A program made the translations under genes and the position numbers. 64,000 bases of DNA from Mobula hypostoma (taxonomy: Eukaryota), in assembly GCF_963921235.1 (NCBI RefSeq), contig NC_086108.1:102054001-102118000 (forward strand). The letters run 5' to 3'. Positions 20,545 through 33,982 of the stretch are shown here, one piece after another. The notes under the pieces were generated by a model, which had not been told where the DNA came from, did no database searches, and saw nothing but the letters and a program-made list of their open reading frames with translations. Positions within the stretch are counted from its first letter, which is position 1, and the number at the start of each line of letters is the position of its first letter.

Positions 20545-22570
20545 TAGAATCGGAATCTGGTTTAATATCATCGGCATATGTTGTGAAATTTGTTAACTTT
20601 GTAGCAGCAGTACAATGCAATACATGAAAAATATAGAAAAACTGAATTACAGTAAGTATATACGCATATATTAAAGAGCTAAATTATATTAAGTAGTGCA
20701 ACAACAGAAATTTTTTAAAAGTAGTGAGGTAGAGTTCATGGGTTCAATGTCCATTTAGAATTTGGATGGCAGAGGGGAAGGAGCTATTCTTGAATTGCTA
20801 AGTGTGTGCCTTTAGGTTTCTGTACCTCCTTCCTGATGGTAACAATGAGAAGAGGGTATGTTCTGGGTGGTCTGGCTCCTTGATAATGGAAACAGTTTCT
20901 CTGTGGCAACGCTCCTTGTAGATGTCTTGGATAGTAGAGAGACTAGTACCAAAGATGGAGTTGAATAACTTTACAACTTTCTGAAGCTTAGTTTGAGTGT
21001 TATGATCCGGTCCGTAAAGTCGGTATTCCGGTTCACAGTCCAGTCCGTGGACTCTGGACTCCGGGTCTTCCGGCTGTCCCTTGTTTCAGCTGGGCTTAAT
21101 CATAGGCACCTGATGCTCATCTTGAGGCTGGGAATATAAGTGGCCATGGGGTCGAGTGTGGGGGCTGGTTTGTCTAATCAGAATCCTGTCCTTGCTTCTG
21201 TGGTGTAAGTCAAGCTGCCTTTGCCACTACCCTGCAGTTGGATCTGTCCATTCCTGTCCTTGCCTCCATTGGGTAAGCCAGGCTGTCTTTGCCATTACCC
21301 TGAGGTTGGACTGTTCCCTTCCCTTCCTTTGCCTGAAGCCTCGCTGGCTACTTTTTGCCTGAAGCCTCGCCTGCATCTTTGCTTATTCTCACTGTCAAGT
21401 TCTACCACCAGAGCAAGACTGGAGCCTTGCTGTGTCTAGATAAGGAACTGTCTTTCATTGTTTGGAACTGTCTCTTTGTGTTCTCGTCTTTGCTAGGTAG
21501 GTCCAGCCATTTGCCACTAACTAGTGTTGAGAACTGTCTTATAGTGTTCAGTGTTCTGTATAGAGCCCTGGTCCCAAGTCCTGTTCCCAAGGAGGGGTCC
21601 CGGCTCTGTGTTCCATGTCCCTGTGCTCCTGTCTCTCAAGTCCAAGGCTCTGTGTTCCTGTGTCTAGACCAAGGCTCTTTGTTTCTGTCCTGTCTCCCAA
21701 GACCATGTCATGTCTTCACCTAGTTCCGGAGTCTGAGCCCGAGTCAAGACCCAGGTTCTGGTCCTTGTCCAGTCTCTTGTCCAGTTGGAGTCCGAACCCA
21801 GGCCTCGCCATGTCCTCGCCCCGAGGAACCCAGGCCTCGCCCCGAGGAACCCAGTCCTCGCCCTGAGGAACCCAAGCCATGTCCAGACCTGTAGCCACGT
21901 CACGTCCTCGCCTATTTCCGGGGTCCGAGCCCAAGTCAAGACCCAAGTTCTGGGTCCTTGTCATGTCTCTGGCTCAGAGTCCAAGCCCAGGCTCCCAGTT
22001 CCTTGTCCTGGTTCCGCTTGCTAGCCAATGTCCTAGCCCAAGTCTGTGTTCTTGTCCCAGCTCATAGTCTGCATCGAGTCACAACCCTAACCCAGCTCTC
22101 TAGTCAAGTCCTGTTCCTAGTACTTCAGTGTCTGTGTCTTGCATTTGGGTCCACCACCAGCACCTTCCCCTCTGACATCAAGACCATTCAGTGATCCACA
22201 CCCCCATACCAGACAGTGATGCAGCCAGTCAGAATACTCTCCATGGTACATCCGTAGAGGATTTCGAGTATTTTAGGTGACAAACCAAATCTCTTTAAAC
22301 ACGTGAATAAATATAACTGCTCTCCTTCCTACTTTATAGCAGCATCAATATGTTGGCAGCAAGTTAGATCCTCAGAGGTATGGGCACCCAGGAACTTGAA
22401 ATTGCTCACCCTCTCCACTTCTGATCCTTCTCTGAGAACAGTGTGTGTTCCCTTGTCTTAGCTTTCTGAAGTCCGCAATCAGCTGTCTGGTCTCACTCAG
22501 GCAGGCTGAGCACAAGGTTGTTGCTGCAACAGCACTCAGCTAGCTGATACATCGCACTCCTGTATGCCCT
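20545..22570 (-). mobile_element. Rex1-type LINE 3' part interrupted by a solo LTR
   Basis: Similar to 63515-64000 and 50850-51430 on both sides of the LTR. Confidence 0.7.
20998..22177 (+). mobile_element. Solo LTR, same family as 7866-8882
   Basis: TGTTATGATCCGGTCCGTAAAGTC start and CCTAGTACTTCAGTGTCTGTGTCTTGCA...TGACA end shared with 7866-8882; 3 x 21-bp repeat at 21814-21875; strand tentative. Confidence 0.85.
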
Positions 22571-22714
22571 AATGGGGACCCCCACCACTCATAACATGCC
22601 GTCTTCTCACCGTTACCATCAGGAAGGAGATACAGAAGTCAGAAGGCACACACTCCGATTCAGGAGTGGCTTCTTCCTCTCTGCCATCCAATTTCTAAAT
22701 CAAAAAGGGTGAAT

Positions 22715-25550
22715 TCGGGTCTGAAGGCTGTTGTATCTGAATGCACACAGTATATGAAATAAGGTAGATGAACTTTCAGCACAGTTGCAGATTGACTGGG
22801 AGCTTAATGTCCAAGGATACACATTCTGTCATAAGGATATGCAGGAAGGCAAAGGGGAGATGTTGCTCTGTTGGTGAAAAATACAATCAAATCATTAGAA
22901 AGAAGTGACGTGGAGTAAAAAGATGTTGAATCATTGTGGGTAGAACTAAGGAACTGCAAGGCTAAGAGACCCAGGTGAGAGTTGTATATAGATCCCCAAA
23001 CGGTATTAAGGATTTGGCCTACAAATTACAAAGAGAAATAGAAAATGCATGCCAAAAGGACAATGTTAAAATAGTCATGGGGGATTTCAATATGCAGGTA
23101 AATTGGGAAAATCAGTTTGGGGCTGGATTACAGGAGAGCGAATTTCTAGAATGCCTATGAGACCCCCAAACAGTAGTAAGGATGCCAAAAGGGTAATGTC
23201 ACAATAATCATGGGGGCAGCTGGAGCAGCTTGTAGTTGAGCCTACTGGAGAATGAGCTTTCTAGATTTGGTGCTGTGCAATGAACCAGAGTTGATTAGAG
23301 AACTTGTGGTAAAAGATCCTTAGGGACAAGTTGTCACAATATGATTCAATTCACCTGGAAATTTGAGAAGAAGCTAAAGTCAGATCTATTAGTATTACAG
23401 TGGAATAAAGGGAATTACAGAGAAATGAGAGAGGAGTTGGCCAGACTTGATCAGAAAAGAATACTGGCAACAATGACTAGAATTCCTGGAAGCAATTCAG
23501 AAGGCACAGGATATGTACATCTCAAAGAGGAAGGAGCATCCTCAAGGAAAGATGACATAACCGTGGTGAACAAGAGAAGTCAAAGCCAACATAAAAGCCA
23601 AAAGAGAAAGTGTATAATAGAGCAAAAATTAGTGGGAAGTTAGAGGACTGGCAAACTTTTAAAAAGCAACAGAGGCAACTAAAAGAAGTCGTTCAGAAGG
23701 AAACAATGGAATACAAAAGTAAGCCAACCAATAATAATAAAGAAGATACTTTATGTATCTTCAGATACATAAAATGTAAAAGAGAGCCAACAGTGGACAT
23801 TGGACCAAATGGAGAATGATGCTGGAGGACAACGAACTAGTTGATGAAGTGAATTATTACTTTCCAACAGTCTTCACTATAGAAGACACAAGCAGTATGG
23901 TGGAAGTTCCAGGTGTCGGGGGAATGAAGTGTGTGAAGCTACCTTAACTAGAGGGAATGTTTTTGGGAAACTGAAAAGTATGAAGGTGGATAAGTCACCT
24001 GGATTAGATCATATAGACCCCAGAGTTCTGAAAGAAGTGGCTGAAGAGATTGGGAGGCATCAGCAATGATCTTCCAAGAATCACCATATTCTGGAATGGT
24101 TCTGGAAGACTGGAAAATTGCAAATATCATTCCACTCTTCAAGAAGGGAGAGCGTCAGAAGAAAGGAAACATTAGGCCAGTTAATCTGACCCCAGTGGTT
24201 GGGAAGCTGTTAGAGTCAATTATTAAGGATGAAGTCTCAGAACACTTGTATTCACATGATAAAATAGGCTGTAGTCAGCGTGGTTTCCTCAAGGGAAATT
24301 CTTGTCCGACAAATCTGTAGGAATTCTACGAAGAAATAACAAGCAGGATAGACAAAAAGGAATTGGTTGATGCTGTGTATTTGGATTTCTAGAAGGCCTT
24401 TGACAAGGTGCCACACATGAGAAGCTTAACAAACTATGAGACCATGGTATTACAGGAAAGATTCTAGCATGGATAAAGCAGTGGCTGATTGGCAGGGGGC
24501 ACAGAGCGGGAATAAAAAGGGAGCCTTTTCTGGCTGGCTGCTAGTGACTAATGGTGTTCCATAGGGGTCTGTGTTGGGACCAATTCTTTTTACATTATAT
24601 GTCAATGATTTGGATGATGGAATTGATGGCTTTATTGCAAAGATTGCAGATGATATGAAGATAGGTAGAGGTGCAGGTAGTTTTGAGGAAGTAGAGGTAA
24701 TGGGACGATTTACACAGTAGTATAATGGGCAAGAAAATAGCAAATGGAATATAGTGTTGGGAATGTATAGTCATATACTTTGACAGAAGAAATAAAAGGG
24801 TTTTTTCTATCTTCTAAATAGAGAGAAAATACATAAAACTGAGGTGCAAGGGGGCTTGAGTGTCCTTGTGCAAGATTCCCTTAAGGCTGAGTCGGTGGTG
24901 AGGAAAGCAAATGCATTGTTAGCATTTATTTGAAGAGAATAAAAATATAAAAACAAGGATATAATGTTGAGACTTCATAAAGCACTGGTGAGGCCTCACT
25001 TGGGGTATTGTGAGCAGTTTTGGGCCTCTTGTCTTTGAAAGGGTGTGCTAAAACTGAAGAGGATTCAAAGGATCATCATGAAAATTAATCCAGGATTGAA
25101 TGGCTTGTCATGTGAAGAGCATTTGATAGCTCTGAACCTGTATTGAATGGAATTCTGAAGAATGAGGGGTGACCTCATTGAAACCTATTGAATGCTGTAA
25201 GGCCTTGAAAGTGTGGAATTGAGGATGTTTCCTATGGTGGGAGTGTCTATAACCAGAGGACACAGCCTCAGAACAGAGGGGAGTTCTTTTAGAATGGAGA
25301 TGAGGAAGAATTTCTTTAGCCAGAGAGCAGTGAATCTGGAAATTTTTGCCATAGGCAGCTGTGGAGGTTAAAGTCTTTATGTACATTTAAGGCAGAGGTT
25401 GATAGATTCTTGATTGGTCAGGGCATGAATGGATACGGGAGAAGTCAGGAGATTGAGGTTGAGAGGAATATTGGAACAGCCATGATAAAACAGTGGAACA
25501 GACTCAATGGGGCAAATAACCCAATTTTGCTCCTATATCATATGGTCTTG
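22715..25550 (+). mobile_element. Old CR1 LINE, nearly complete decayed ORF2 (APE and RT)
   Basis: VVYRSPN, IVMGDFN, EDWKIANIIPLFKKG, GVPxGSVLGP motifs with many stops. Confidence 0.88.
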
Positions 25551-25684
25551 TTACCATCTGAGATTATGCCAACAAAGATTGTATCATCAGCAAATTTATA
25601 GATGGCATTTGAGCTAGGCCGAGCCACGAATTCATGGATATAGAGAGAGTTGAGCAGTGTGCTAAGCACAAATCCTGGTGATGC

Positions 25685-26910
25685 ATCTATCTAGGGAGCA
25701 TTCAACAAATTCCCTCTCTTGCAATTTGACACAAACCTGATTTTCCCAATCTCCTTGCATATTGAAGGCCCCTATTTGAATTGTGATATTACCCTTATTA
25801 CATGCCTTTTAAAGCTCCCTTTGCAATCTCAACCTCACATCTTGGCTACAATTTGGAGGCCTATATATGATTCCCATAACGTTTATTTTCACCCTTGCAG
25901 TTTCTTAACTCCACCCACAAAGATTTGTATCTCTCTTTATATTATTGACTAGTTTGCCCTCATATTTCATCTTTTTCCATCTTATAGCTTTTTTAATTGT
26001 CTTTTGTTGAATTTTAAAAGTTTCCAGTCATCCAACTTCAACTTCCCACTGACTTTTGCTGCCTTATATGCCCTTTCCACGGTTTTTATGCTGTCCTTAA
26101 CTTTCCTTGTCAGCCAAGGTTGCCCAGCCATGCCATTTAAGAACAACTTTTTCTGTGGAAGATAGAACATAGTACAGTAATTTACCATGCATTACAGGCC
26201 CTTAAGCCCATAATGTTGTGCCGGCCATGTAACCTACTCTAGAAACTGCGTAAAATTTCCTTACCACATAGCCCTCTATTTTTCCGTGTACCTATTCAGA
26301 GCCTCTGAAAAGTATCCGCCTCTACCACTGTCGCTGGCAGTGTGGTTCCACACACCCACCACTCCCTGTGAAAAACTTACCTCTGACATCCCCCTAGTAC
26401 CTACTTCCAAGCACCTTAAAGTTATGCCCCCTCATGTTAGCCATTTCAGCCCTGGGGAAAAAGCCTCTGGCTATCCACACGATCGATGCCTCTCATCATC
26501 TTGTACACCTCTATCAAGTCACCTCTCATCCTCCGACACTCCAAGCAGAAAAAGCCAAGTTCACTCAACCCATTCTCATAAGGCATACTCTCCAATGCAG
26601 GCAAAATCCTTGTAAATCTCCTCTGTACTCTCTCTACAGTATCCATATCGTTCCTGTAGTGAAATGACCAGAACTGAACACAGTACTCTAAGTGGGGTCT
26701 ATCTAAGGTCTTGTATAGCTTTAACATTACCTTACAGCTCTTGAACTCACTCCCAAGGTTGATAAATGCCAACACACCATATGCCTTTTTAACGACACTG
26801 TCAACCTGCACAGCAGCTTTGAGTGTCCCATGGACATGGACTCCAAGATCTCGTTGATTTTCCACACTGTCAAAAGTCAAACCATTAATATTATATTCCA
26901 TCTTCAAATC
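25685..26910 (-). mobile_element. CR1 fragments (two families; 26161-26910 is a 3' end)
   Basis: RPHLEYCVQFWS...RGDLIEVYK (26446-26907); QPWLTRKVKDSIK (25982-26188). Confidence 0.82.
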
Positions 26911-27620
26911 TGATAAGGTGCCTCACATGAGGCTGCTTAACAAGATAAAATCCTATGGTATTGCATGAAATCTGCTGGCATGGATAGAAGAATGGATGAC
27001 AGGCAGAAGGCAGCAAGTGGGAATAAAGAGGCCTTTTCCAGTTGGCTGCCAGTTACTAGTAGTGTTACTCAGAGGTTAATACTGGGACTGCTACTTTGCC
27101 CATTGTTTGTCAATGATTTAGATAATGGAATTGATGGATTTGCAACAAAGTGAGCAGATGATACAAAGATATGTGAAGGGGCAGATAGTGCTGAGGAAGC
27201 AATGTGATTGCAGCAGGACTTGGACAAAGAAGAACGGGCAAAAAAATGGCAGTTGGAATACAGTATTGGGAAATGTATGAGAATGCATTTTGATAAAAGG
27301 AGCAATAGTGCAGACTGTTATCAAAATGAAGAGAAAATTCAAACATGAGTAATGCAAATGGACTTAGGAGTCCTTGTGCAAGACTCACAGAAGGTTAACT
27401 CACATGTTGAGTGTGTGGTAAAGGCAAACGCAATGTTGGCATTTATTTCAAAGGGAATAAAATATAAAAACAAGGGGATAATGTTGAAGCTTTAAGACAA
27501 TAGGCCACGCTTGAGGTATTGTCAACACTTTTGGGCCCTATTTCTCAGAAAAGGGGTATTGCCATTGGAAAGAGTTCAGAGGAGGTTCACAGGGATGTTT
27601 CCAGGAATGAAGATTAACAC
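26911..27620 (+). mobile_element. CR1 RT fragment, decayed
   Basis: SWLPVTSSV...FVNDLDNGIDGF. Confidence 0.8.
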
Positions 27621-27839
27621 ATAGTCAGCATGGCTTTGTCAAGGGCAGGTCGTACCTTAGGAGCCTGATTGAATTTTGAGGATGTGACTAAACACATTGT
27701 TTAGTCACATCCTCAAGTGTGACAGTGGAAAAGTGTGTATAGAACCGGAGGAAATAGCAGGGCTACTTAATGGATAGCAACACACATCAAAGTTGCTGGT
27801 GAACGCAGCAGGTCAGGCAGCATCTCTAGGAAGAGGTAC

Positions 27840-27875
27840 AGTCGACGTTTCAGGCCGAGACCCGTCGTCAGGACT
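27840..27875 (-). ncRNA. Minimal hammerhead ribozyme motif (inverted pLTR copy)
   Basis: Minus strand AGTCCTGACGACGGGTCTCGGCCTGAAACGTCGACT. Confidence 0.7.
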
Positions 27876-28405
27876 AACTGAAGGAAGAGTTAGTAAGAGA
27901 TTTGAAAGTGGGAGGGGGAGGGGGAGATCCAAAATGATAGGAGAAGACAGGAGGGGGAGGGATGGAGCCAAGAGCTGGACAGGTGATTGGCAAAAGGAAT
28001 ATGAGAGGATCATGGGACAGGAGTTCCGGGGAGAAAGCGGGGGTGGGGGGAGGACCCAGAGGATGGGCAAGGGGTATAGTCAGAGGGACAGAGGGAGAAA
28101 AAGGAGAGAGAGAGAGAAGGAATGTGTGTATATAAATAACGGATGGGGTATGAGGGGGAGGTGGGGCATTAGCGGAAGTTAGAGAAGTCAATGTTCATGC
28201 CATCAGGTTGGAGGCTACCCAGGCGGAATATAAGATGTTGTTCCTCCAACCTGAGTGTGGCTTCATCTTTACCATAGAGGAGGCCGTGGATAGACATGTC
28301 AGAATGGGAATGGGATGTGGAATTGAAATGTGTGGCCACTGGGAGATCCTGCTTTCTCTGGCGGACAGAGCGTAGGTGTTCAGCAAAGCGATCTCCCAGT
28401 CTGCG

Positions 28406-30422
28406 GCAAGGACTCTTCCAACCCCACTGATGACCCCTTCTCCCGTCTTCAACCCTCCTCCTCTTCATGGACACCCCACTCTGGTCTCCTGCCTGCTCTG
28501 GATCTCTTTATCGCTAACTGCCGACGGGACATCAACCGTCTCGACTTCACAGCACCTTGTCCCCATTCCAACCTCATTCCTTCCGAACGCTCTGCTCTCC
28601 ACTCCCTCCGCACTAATCCTAACCTTACTATTAAACCCGCCAATAAGGGCGGGTGCTGTTGTAGTCTGGCGTACTGACCTCTACCTTGCCGAGGTACAGC
28701 GACAACTCGCGGATACCTCCTCTTATTTACCCCTTGATCGTGACCCCACTAAGCAGCACCAGGCCATTGTCTCCCACACCATCACCGACTTTATCCACTC
28801 AGGCGATCTCCCATCCACTGCTACCAACCTTATAGTTCCCATACCTCGCACTTCCTGTTTCTACCTCCTACCCAAGATCCACAAACCTGCCTGTCCTGGC
28901 AGACCTATTGTCTCAGCTTGCTCCTGCCCCACCAAACTCATTTCTGCATACCTCGACACGGTTTTATCCCCCCTTGTTCAATCCCTTCCGACCTATGTTC
29001 GTGACACTTCTCCCGCTCTTAAACTTTTCGATGATTTTAAGTTCCCTGGCCCCCACCGCTTTATTTTCACCATGGATGTCCAGTCCCTATATACTTCCAT
29101 CCCCCATCAGGAAGGTCTCAAAGCTCTACGCTTCTTTTTGGATTCCAGACCTAATCAGTTCCCGTCTACCGCCCCTCTGCTCCGTCTAGCGGAATTAGTC
29201 CTTACTCTTAATAATTTCTCTTTGGCTCCTCCCACTTCCTCCCAACTAAAGGTGTAGCTATGGGCACCCGTATGGGTCCTAGCTATGCCTGCCTTTTTGG
29301 TGGCTTTGTGGAACAATCTATGTTCCGTACCTATTCTGGTATCTGTCCCCCACTTTTCCTTCGCTACATCGACGACTGCATTGGGGCTGCTTCCTGCACG
29401 CATGCTGAGCTCGTTGACTTTATTAACTTTGCCTCCAACTTTCACCCTGCCCTCAAGTTTACCTGGTCCATTTCCGACACCTCCCTCCCCTTTCTAAATC
29501 TTTCTGTCTCCATCTCTGGAGACAGCTTATCCACCAATGTCTACTATAAGCCTACTGACTCTCACAGCTATCTGGTCTATTCCCCTTCTCACCCTGTCTC
29601 TTGCAAAAATGCCATCCCCTTCTCGCAATTCCTCTGTCTCCGCCACATCAGCTCTCAGGATGAGGCTTTTCATTCCAGGACGAAGGAGATGTCCTCCTTT
29701 TTTAAAGAAAGGGGCTTCCCTTCCTCCACCATCAACTCTGCTCTCAAACGCATCTCCCCCATTTCACGCACATCTGCTCTCACTCCATCCTCCCGCCACC
29801 CCACTAAGAATAGGGTTCCCCTGGTCCTCACCTACCACCCCACCAACCTCCGGGTCCAACATATTATTCTCCGTAACTTCCACCACCTCCAACTGGATCC
29901 CACCACTAAGCACATCTCTCCCCCCCCCCTGCTTTCCGCAGGGATCGCTCCCTACGCGACTTCCTTGTCCATTCATCCCCCCCATCCCTCCCCACTGATC
30001 TCCCTCCTGGCACTTATCCTTGTAAGCGGAACAAGTGCTACACATGCCTTTACACTTCCTCCCTTACCACCATTCAGGGCCCCAAACAGTCCTTCCAGGT
30101 GAGGCGACACTTCACCTGTGAGTCGGCTGGGGTGATATACTGCGTTCGGTGCTCCCGTTGTGGCCTATATATTGGCGAGACCCGACGCAGACTGGGAGAC
30201 CACTTTGCTGAACACCTACGCTCTGTCCGCCAGAGAAAGCAGGATCTCCCAGTGGCCACACATTTTAATTCCACATCCCATTCCCATTCTGACATGTCTA
30301 TCCACGGCCTCCTCTACTGTAAAGATGAAACCACACTCAGCTTGGAGGAACAACACCTTATATTCTGTCTGGGTAGCCTCCAACCTGTTGACATGAACAT
30401 TGACTTCTGTAACTTCCGCTAA
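28406..30422 (+). pseudogene. Penelope reverse transcriptase and GIY-YIG endonuclease (few frameshifts)
   Basis: FYLLPKIHK, RPIVS, TMDVQSLYTSIP, MGTRMGPSYA, LRYIDD, YYKPTDSH, VIYCVRCSRCGLYIGET. Confidence 0.93.
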
Positions 30423-30711
30423 TGCCCCACCTCCCCCTCGTACTCCATCTGTTATTTACTTATATACACATTCTTTCTCTCTCTCTCTTTTTTCTCCCTC
30501 TGTCCCTCTGACTATACCCCTTGCCCATCCTCTGGTTCCCCCCCCTTGTCTTTCTCCCCGGACCTCCTGTCCCATGATCCTCTCATATCCCCTTTGCCGA
30601 TCACCTGTCCAGCTCTTGGCTCCATCCCTCCCCCTCCTGTCTTTTCTTATCATTTTGGATCTCCCACTCCCCCTCCCACTTTCAAATCTCTTACTAGCTC
30701 TTCCTTCAGTT

Positions 30712-30747
30712 AGTCCTGACGACGGGTCTCGGCCTGAAACGTCGGCT
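30712..30747 (+). ncRNA. Minimal hammerhead ribozyme motif (3' pLTR copy)
   Basis: AGTCCTGACGACGGGTCTCGGCCTGAAACGTCGGCT. Confidence 0.7.
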
Positions 30748-32404
30748 GTACCTCTTCCTAGAGATGCTGCCTGACCTGCTGCGTTCACCAGCAACTTTGA
30801 TGTGTGTTGCTTGAATTTCCAGCATCTGCAGAATTCCTGTTGTTTGTTACTTAATGAATTCTTTAGTATTCACTGTGGAAAAGGACCTTGGTGATTGTAG
30901 TGCTGACTTGCAGCAGACTGAAAAGCTTGAGCATGTAGATATTAAGAAAGAGGATGTGCTGGAGCTTTTGGAAAGCATCAAGTTGGATAAGTCGCTAGGA
31001 CCAGATGAGATGTATCCCAGGCTACTGTGGGAGGTGAGAGAGGAGATTGCTGAGACTCTGGCGATGATCTTTGAATTTTCAGTGGGGATCGGAGAGGTTC
31101 TGGAGGATTGAAGGGTTGCGGATGTTCCTTTATTCAAGAATGGGAGTACAGATAGCCCAGGAAAGGAAATTATAGACCAGAGAGTCTTTCTTCAGTGGTT
31201 AGTAAGCTGATGGAGAAGATTCTGAGAGGCAGGATTTATGAACATTTGGAGAGGTATAATATGATTAGGAATAGTCAGCATGGCTTTGTCAAGGGCAGGT
31301 TGTGCCTTATGAGTCTGATCGAATTTTTTGAGGATGTGACTAAACACATTGATGAAGGTAGAGCCGTAGATGTAGTGTATATGGATTTCAGCAAGGCATT
31401 TCATAAGGTATCCCATGCGAGGCTTATTGAGAAAGTAAAGAGGCATGGGATCCAAGAGGACATTGCTTTGTGGATCCAGAACTGGCTTGCCCATGGAAGA
31501 CAAAGAGTGGTTGTAGATGGGTCATATTCTGCATGGAGGTCGGTGACCAGTGGTGTGCCTCAGGGATCTGTTCTGGGACGCTTACTCTTCATGATTTTTA
31601 TAAATGACCTGGATGAGGAAGTGGAGGGATGGCTTAGTAAGTTTGCTGATGACACAAAGGTTAGGGGTGAATAATGTGGAGGGCTGTCAGAGGTTACAGC
31701 GGGACATTGATAGGATGCAAAACCGGGCTGAGAAGTGGCAGATGGAACTCAACCCAGATGTGTGAAGTGATTCATTTTGGTAGGTCAAATATGATGACAG
31801 AATATAATATTAATGGTAAGACTCTTGGCAGTGTGGAGGATCAGAGGGATCTTGGGGTCTGAATCCATAGGACACAAAGCAGCTACACAGGTTGACTCTG
31901 TGGTTAAGAAGGCATATGGTGTATTGGCCTTCATCAATTATGGAATTGAATTTAGGAGCCAAGAGGTAATGTTGCAGGTATATAGGACCCTGGTCCGACA
32001 CAACTTGGAGTAATGTGCTCAGTTTTGGTCACCTCACTACAGGGAGGATGTGGAAACTATTGAAAGGGTTCAGAGGAGATTTACAAGGATATGCCTGGAT
32101 TGGAGAGCATGCCTTATGAAAACAGGTTGAGTGAACTTGTCCTATCCTCCTTGGAGCAACGGAGGATGAGAGGTGACCTGATAGAGGTGTATAAGATGAT
32201 GAGAGGCATTGATCGTGTGTGCTGCCGGCAACAGTGGTGGAGGCGGATACGATAGGGTCTTTCAAGAGACTTTTGGATAGGTACATGGTGCTTAAAATTA
32301 GAGGGCTATAGGTAACCCTAGTGATTTCTAAGGTAGGGACATGTTCAGCACAACTTTGTTGGCCAAAGGGCCTGTATTGCGCTGTAGGTTTTCTATGTTT
32401 CTAT

Positions 32405-32845
32405 AATAGGAGCATTTGGCAGCTTTGGACGTGTACTCACTGGAATTTAAAATAATGCTTGGGGATCTCCTTGAAACCTACCAAATCTGAAAGGACTAAA
32501 TAAGGTGGATGTGGAGAGAATGTTTCCTCTGGTAGGGATATCCAGAACTAGAGGGCACAGCCTCACAATTGAGTGGTGAACTATCAGAACAGAAGTAAGC
32601 AGGAATTATTTTAGCCAAAGACTGGTGAATCTGTAGAATACTCTGCCACAGACTGTGGTGGAGGACAAGTCTGTGGGTATATTCAAAGCGGAAATTGATA
32701 TATTCCTGTTTGGCTGGGGCATCAAGGAATATGGAGAGAGGGCAGGAGTAAAGGGTTGAATGGGATCCAGGGTCAGCCATGACGAAATGGCGGGGTGGAC
32801 TCGATGGGCTGAATGGCCTAGTTCTGCTCCTATGTCTTATCGTCT
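32405..32845 (+). mobile_element. CR1 3' fragment
   Basis: Homologous to the CR1 3' ends at 15581-16045 and 58830-59260. Confidence 0.8.
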
Positions 32846-33882
32846 AATCATCAATTGTGTCTCTCATAATTGATTCCCTGCCAGTGAGGTTGAACCAATA
32901 AACAGGTCTTCCAAATTTTGTGTTTAAAACAATCTACCAGTTGACAAAAGGCGATGGTTTGTAATGAAGAGGAGGTTTGAAGAGAACAAATGAGTCTCAG
33001 ATAGCAGCAATATGCCTTTATCACACATTGCCTTTATCACAGCCATACAGGGACATTGAACACAATTAATTTTAGTCATTGACAATTGTTTATTGTTTCT
33101 TATGCAAACCATTTCCTTCTATCGCTTCAGGGACTTTTACCATCATTAAAGTAGATTAAAGGGGTTTTCAAAATTTGACTTGAAGATTATGAACTTTTCA
33201 ACATTTTATTACCAGGTATGAGTGGTGACTGAATTGAAATCACTATGAAATTTGATTTTTTGTTACTGTGAAATCTGGTTTGAGATATATTACTGTAAGT
33301 GTAGGTATAAGGAAGACAAGTTTATTTTTCTAAGGAAAATTAGTTATATGGATTTTCATGATAAACCTGTAATTTAAAATATATTAATAGTTTGTTTACA
33401 ATTGTTGAAATAATCTCATTTCCCAAAAATAAGGGATTTGAACTTGTGTTTCCAAATTATTTCATAGCTTTCTAGATTTCTCATGTAGCAATGTATTCTT
33501 CATGTCCCATTCAGGACAGCTAAATGTGGTATCTATTATAGCTAACCACAACTGTATATTATCTTAAGGAACAGAAAAGATGTAATTCTTCTGTGAAGGC
33601 AGAGTACTCTTCAAAGTCAAGGTAAGTGTAGATATAACAGTGATCATGAGCTGGTTGCTCTAGAATTTGGGCTGGCCTCATGGGTCTGAGAAAGTATACA
33701 AGAGAGTCTGAGTTTGTGTTATTTGCATGACGTAATATATAAATGCAAGTCAAGTAAGTCACTTTCCCAAGGCTTATTATTGTAAAGCCATTCACGTATG
33801 AATTATAATGGAATCTGCCTTTCCTCTTATGGTAGTTACAAAGAAACCCAGTCACAGAATTGTTCTCAAAGAGTTGACTTAC

Positions 33883-33982
33883 CATTCTGTCAGAGTGAGA
33901 ATTCAACCACTTCAGCTTATCCTCTTGACGAATTTAGGAACACCCTTCCCCGAGGAACTGTTCTGTTATCTCAGTAAAGCCA
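33883..33982 (-). other. Candidate 100-bp host exon (possibly 5'UTR ending in ATG)
   Basis: Minus strand ATGTTTACAG|TGGCTT...AGAATG|GTAAGT with consensus donor; lies in a non-repeat island. Confidence 0.35.

Larger units (their letters stand above)
27777..30846 (+). mobile_element. Penelope-like element: 5'-truncated RT/GIY-YIG ORF with 3' pLTR, preceded by an inverted pLTR (27777-~28405)
   Basis: Inverted repeat 27777-28405 versus ~30185-30810; 12-bp TSD TACTTAATG(G/A)AT at 27764-27775 and 30848-30859. Confidence 0.93.
27621..32403 (+). mobile_element. 5'-truncated CR1 LINE interrupted by a Penelope element
   Basis: RT motifs [33 protein letters not shown] (31195-31674); tail TTCTATGTTTCTAT at ~32390-32403. 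Confidence 0.9.
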
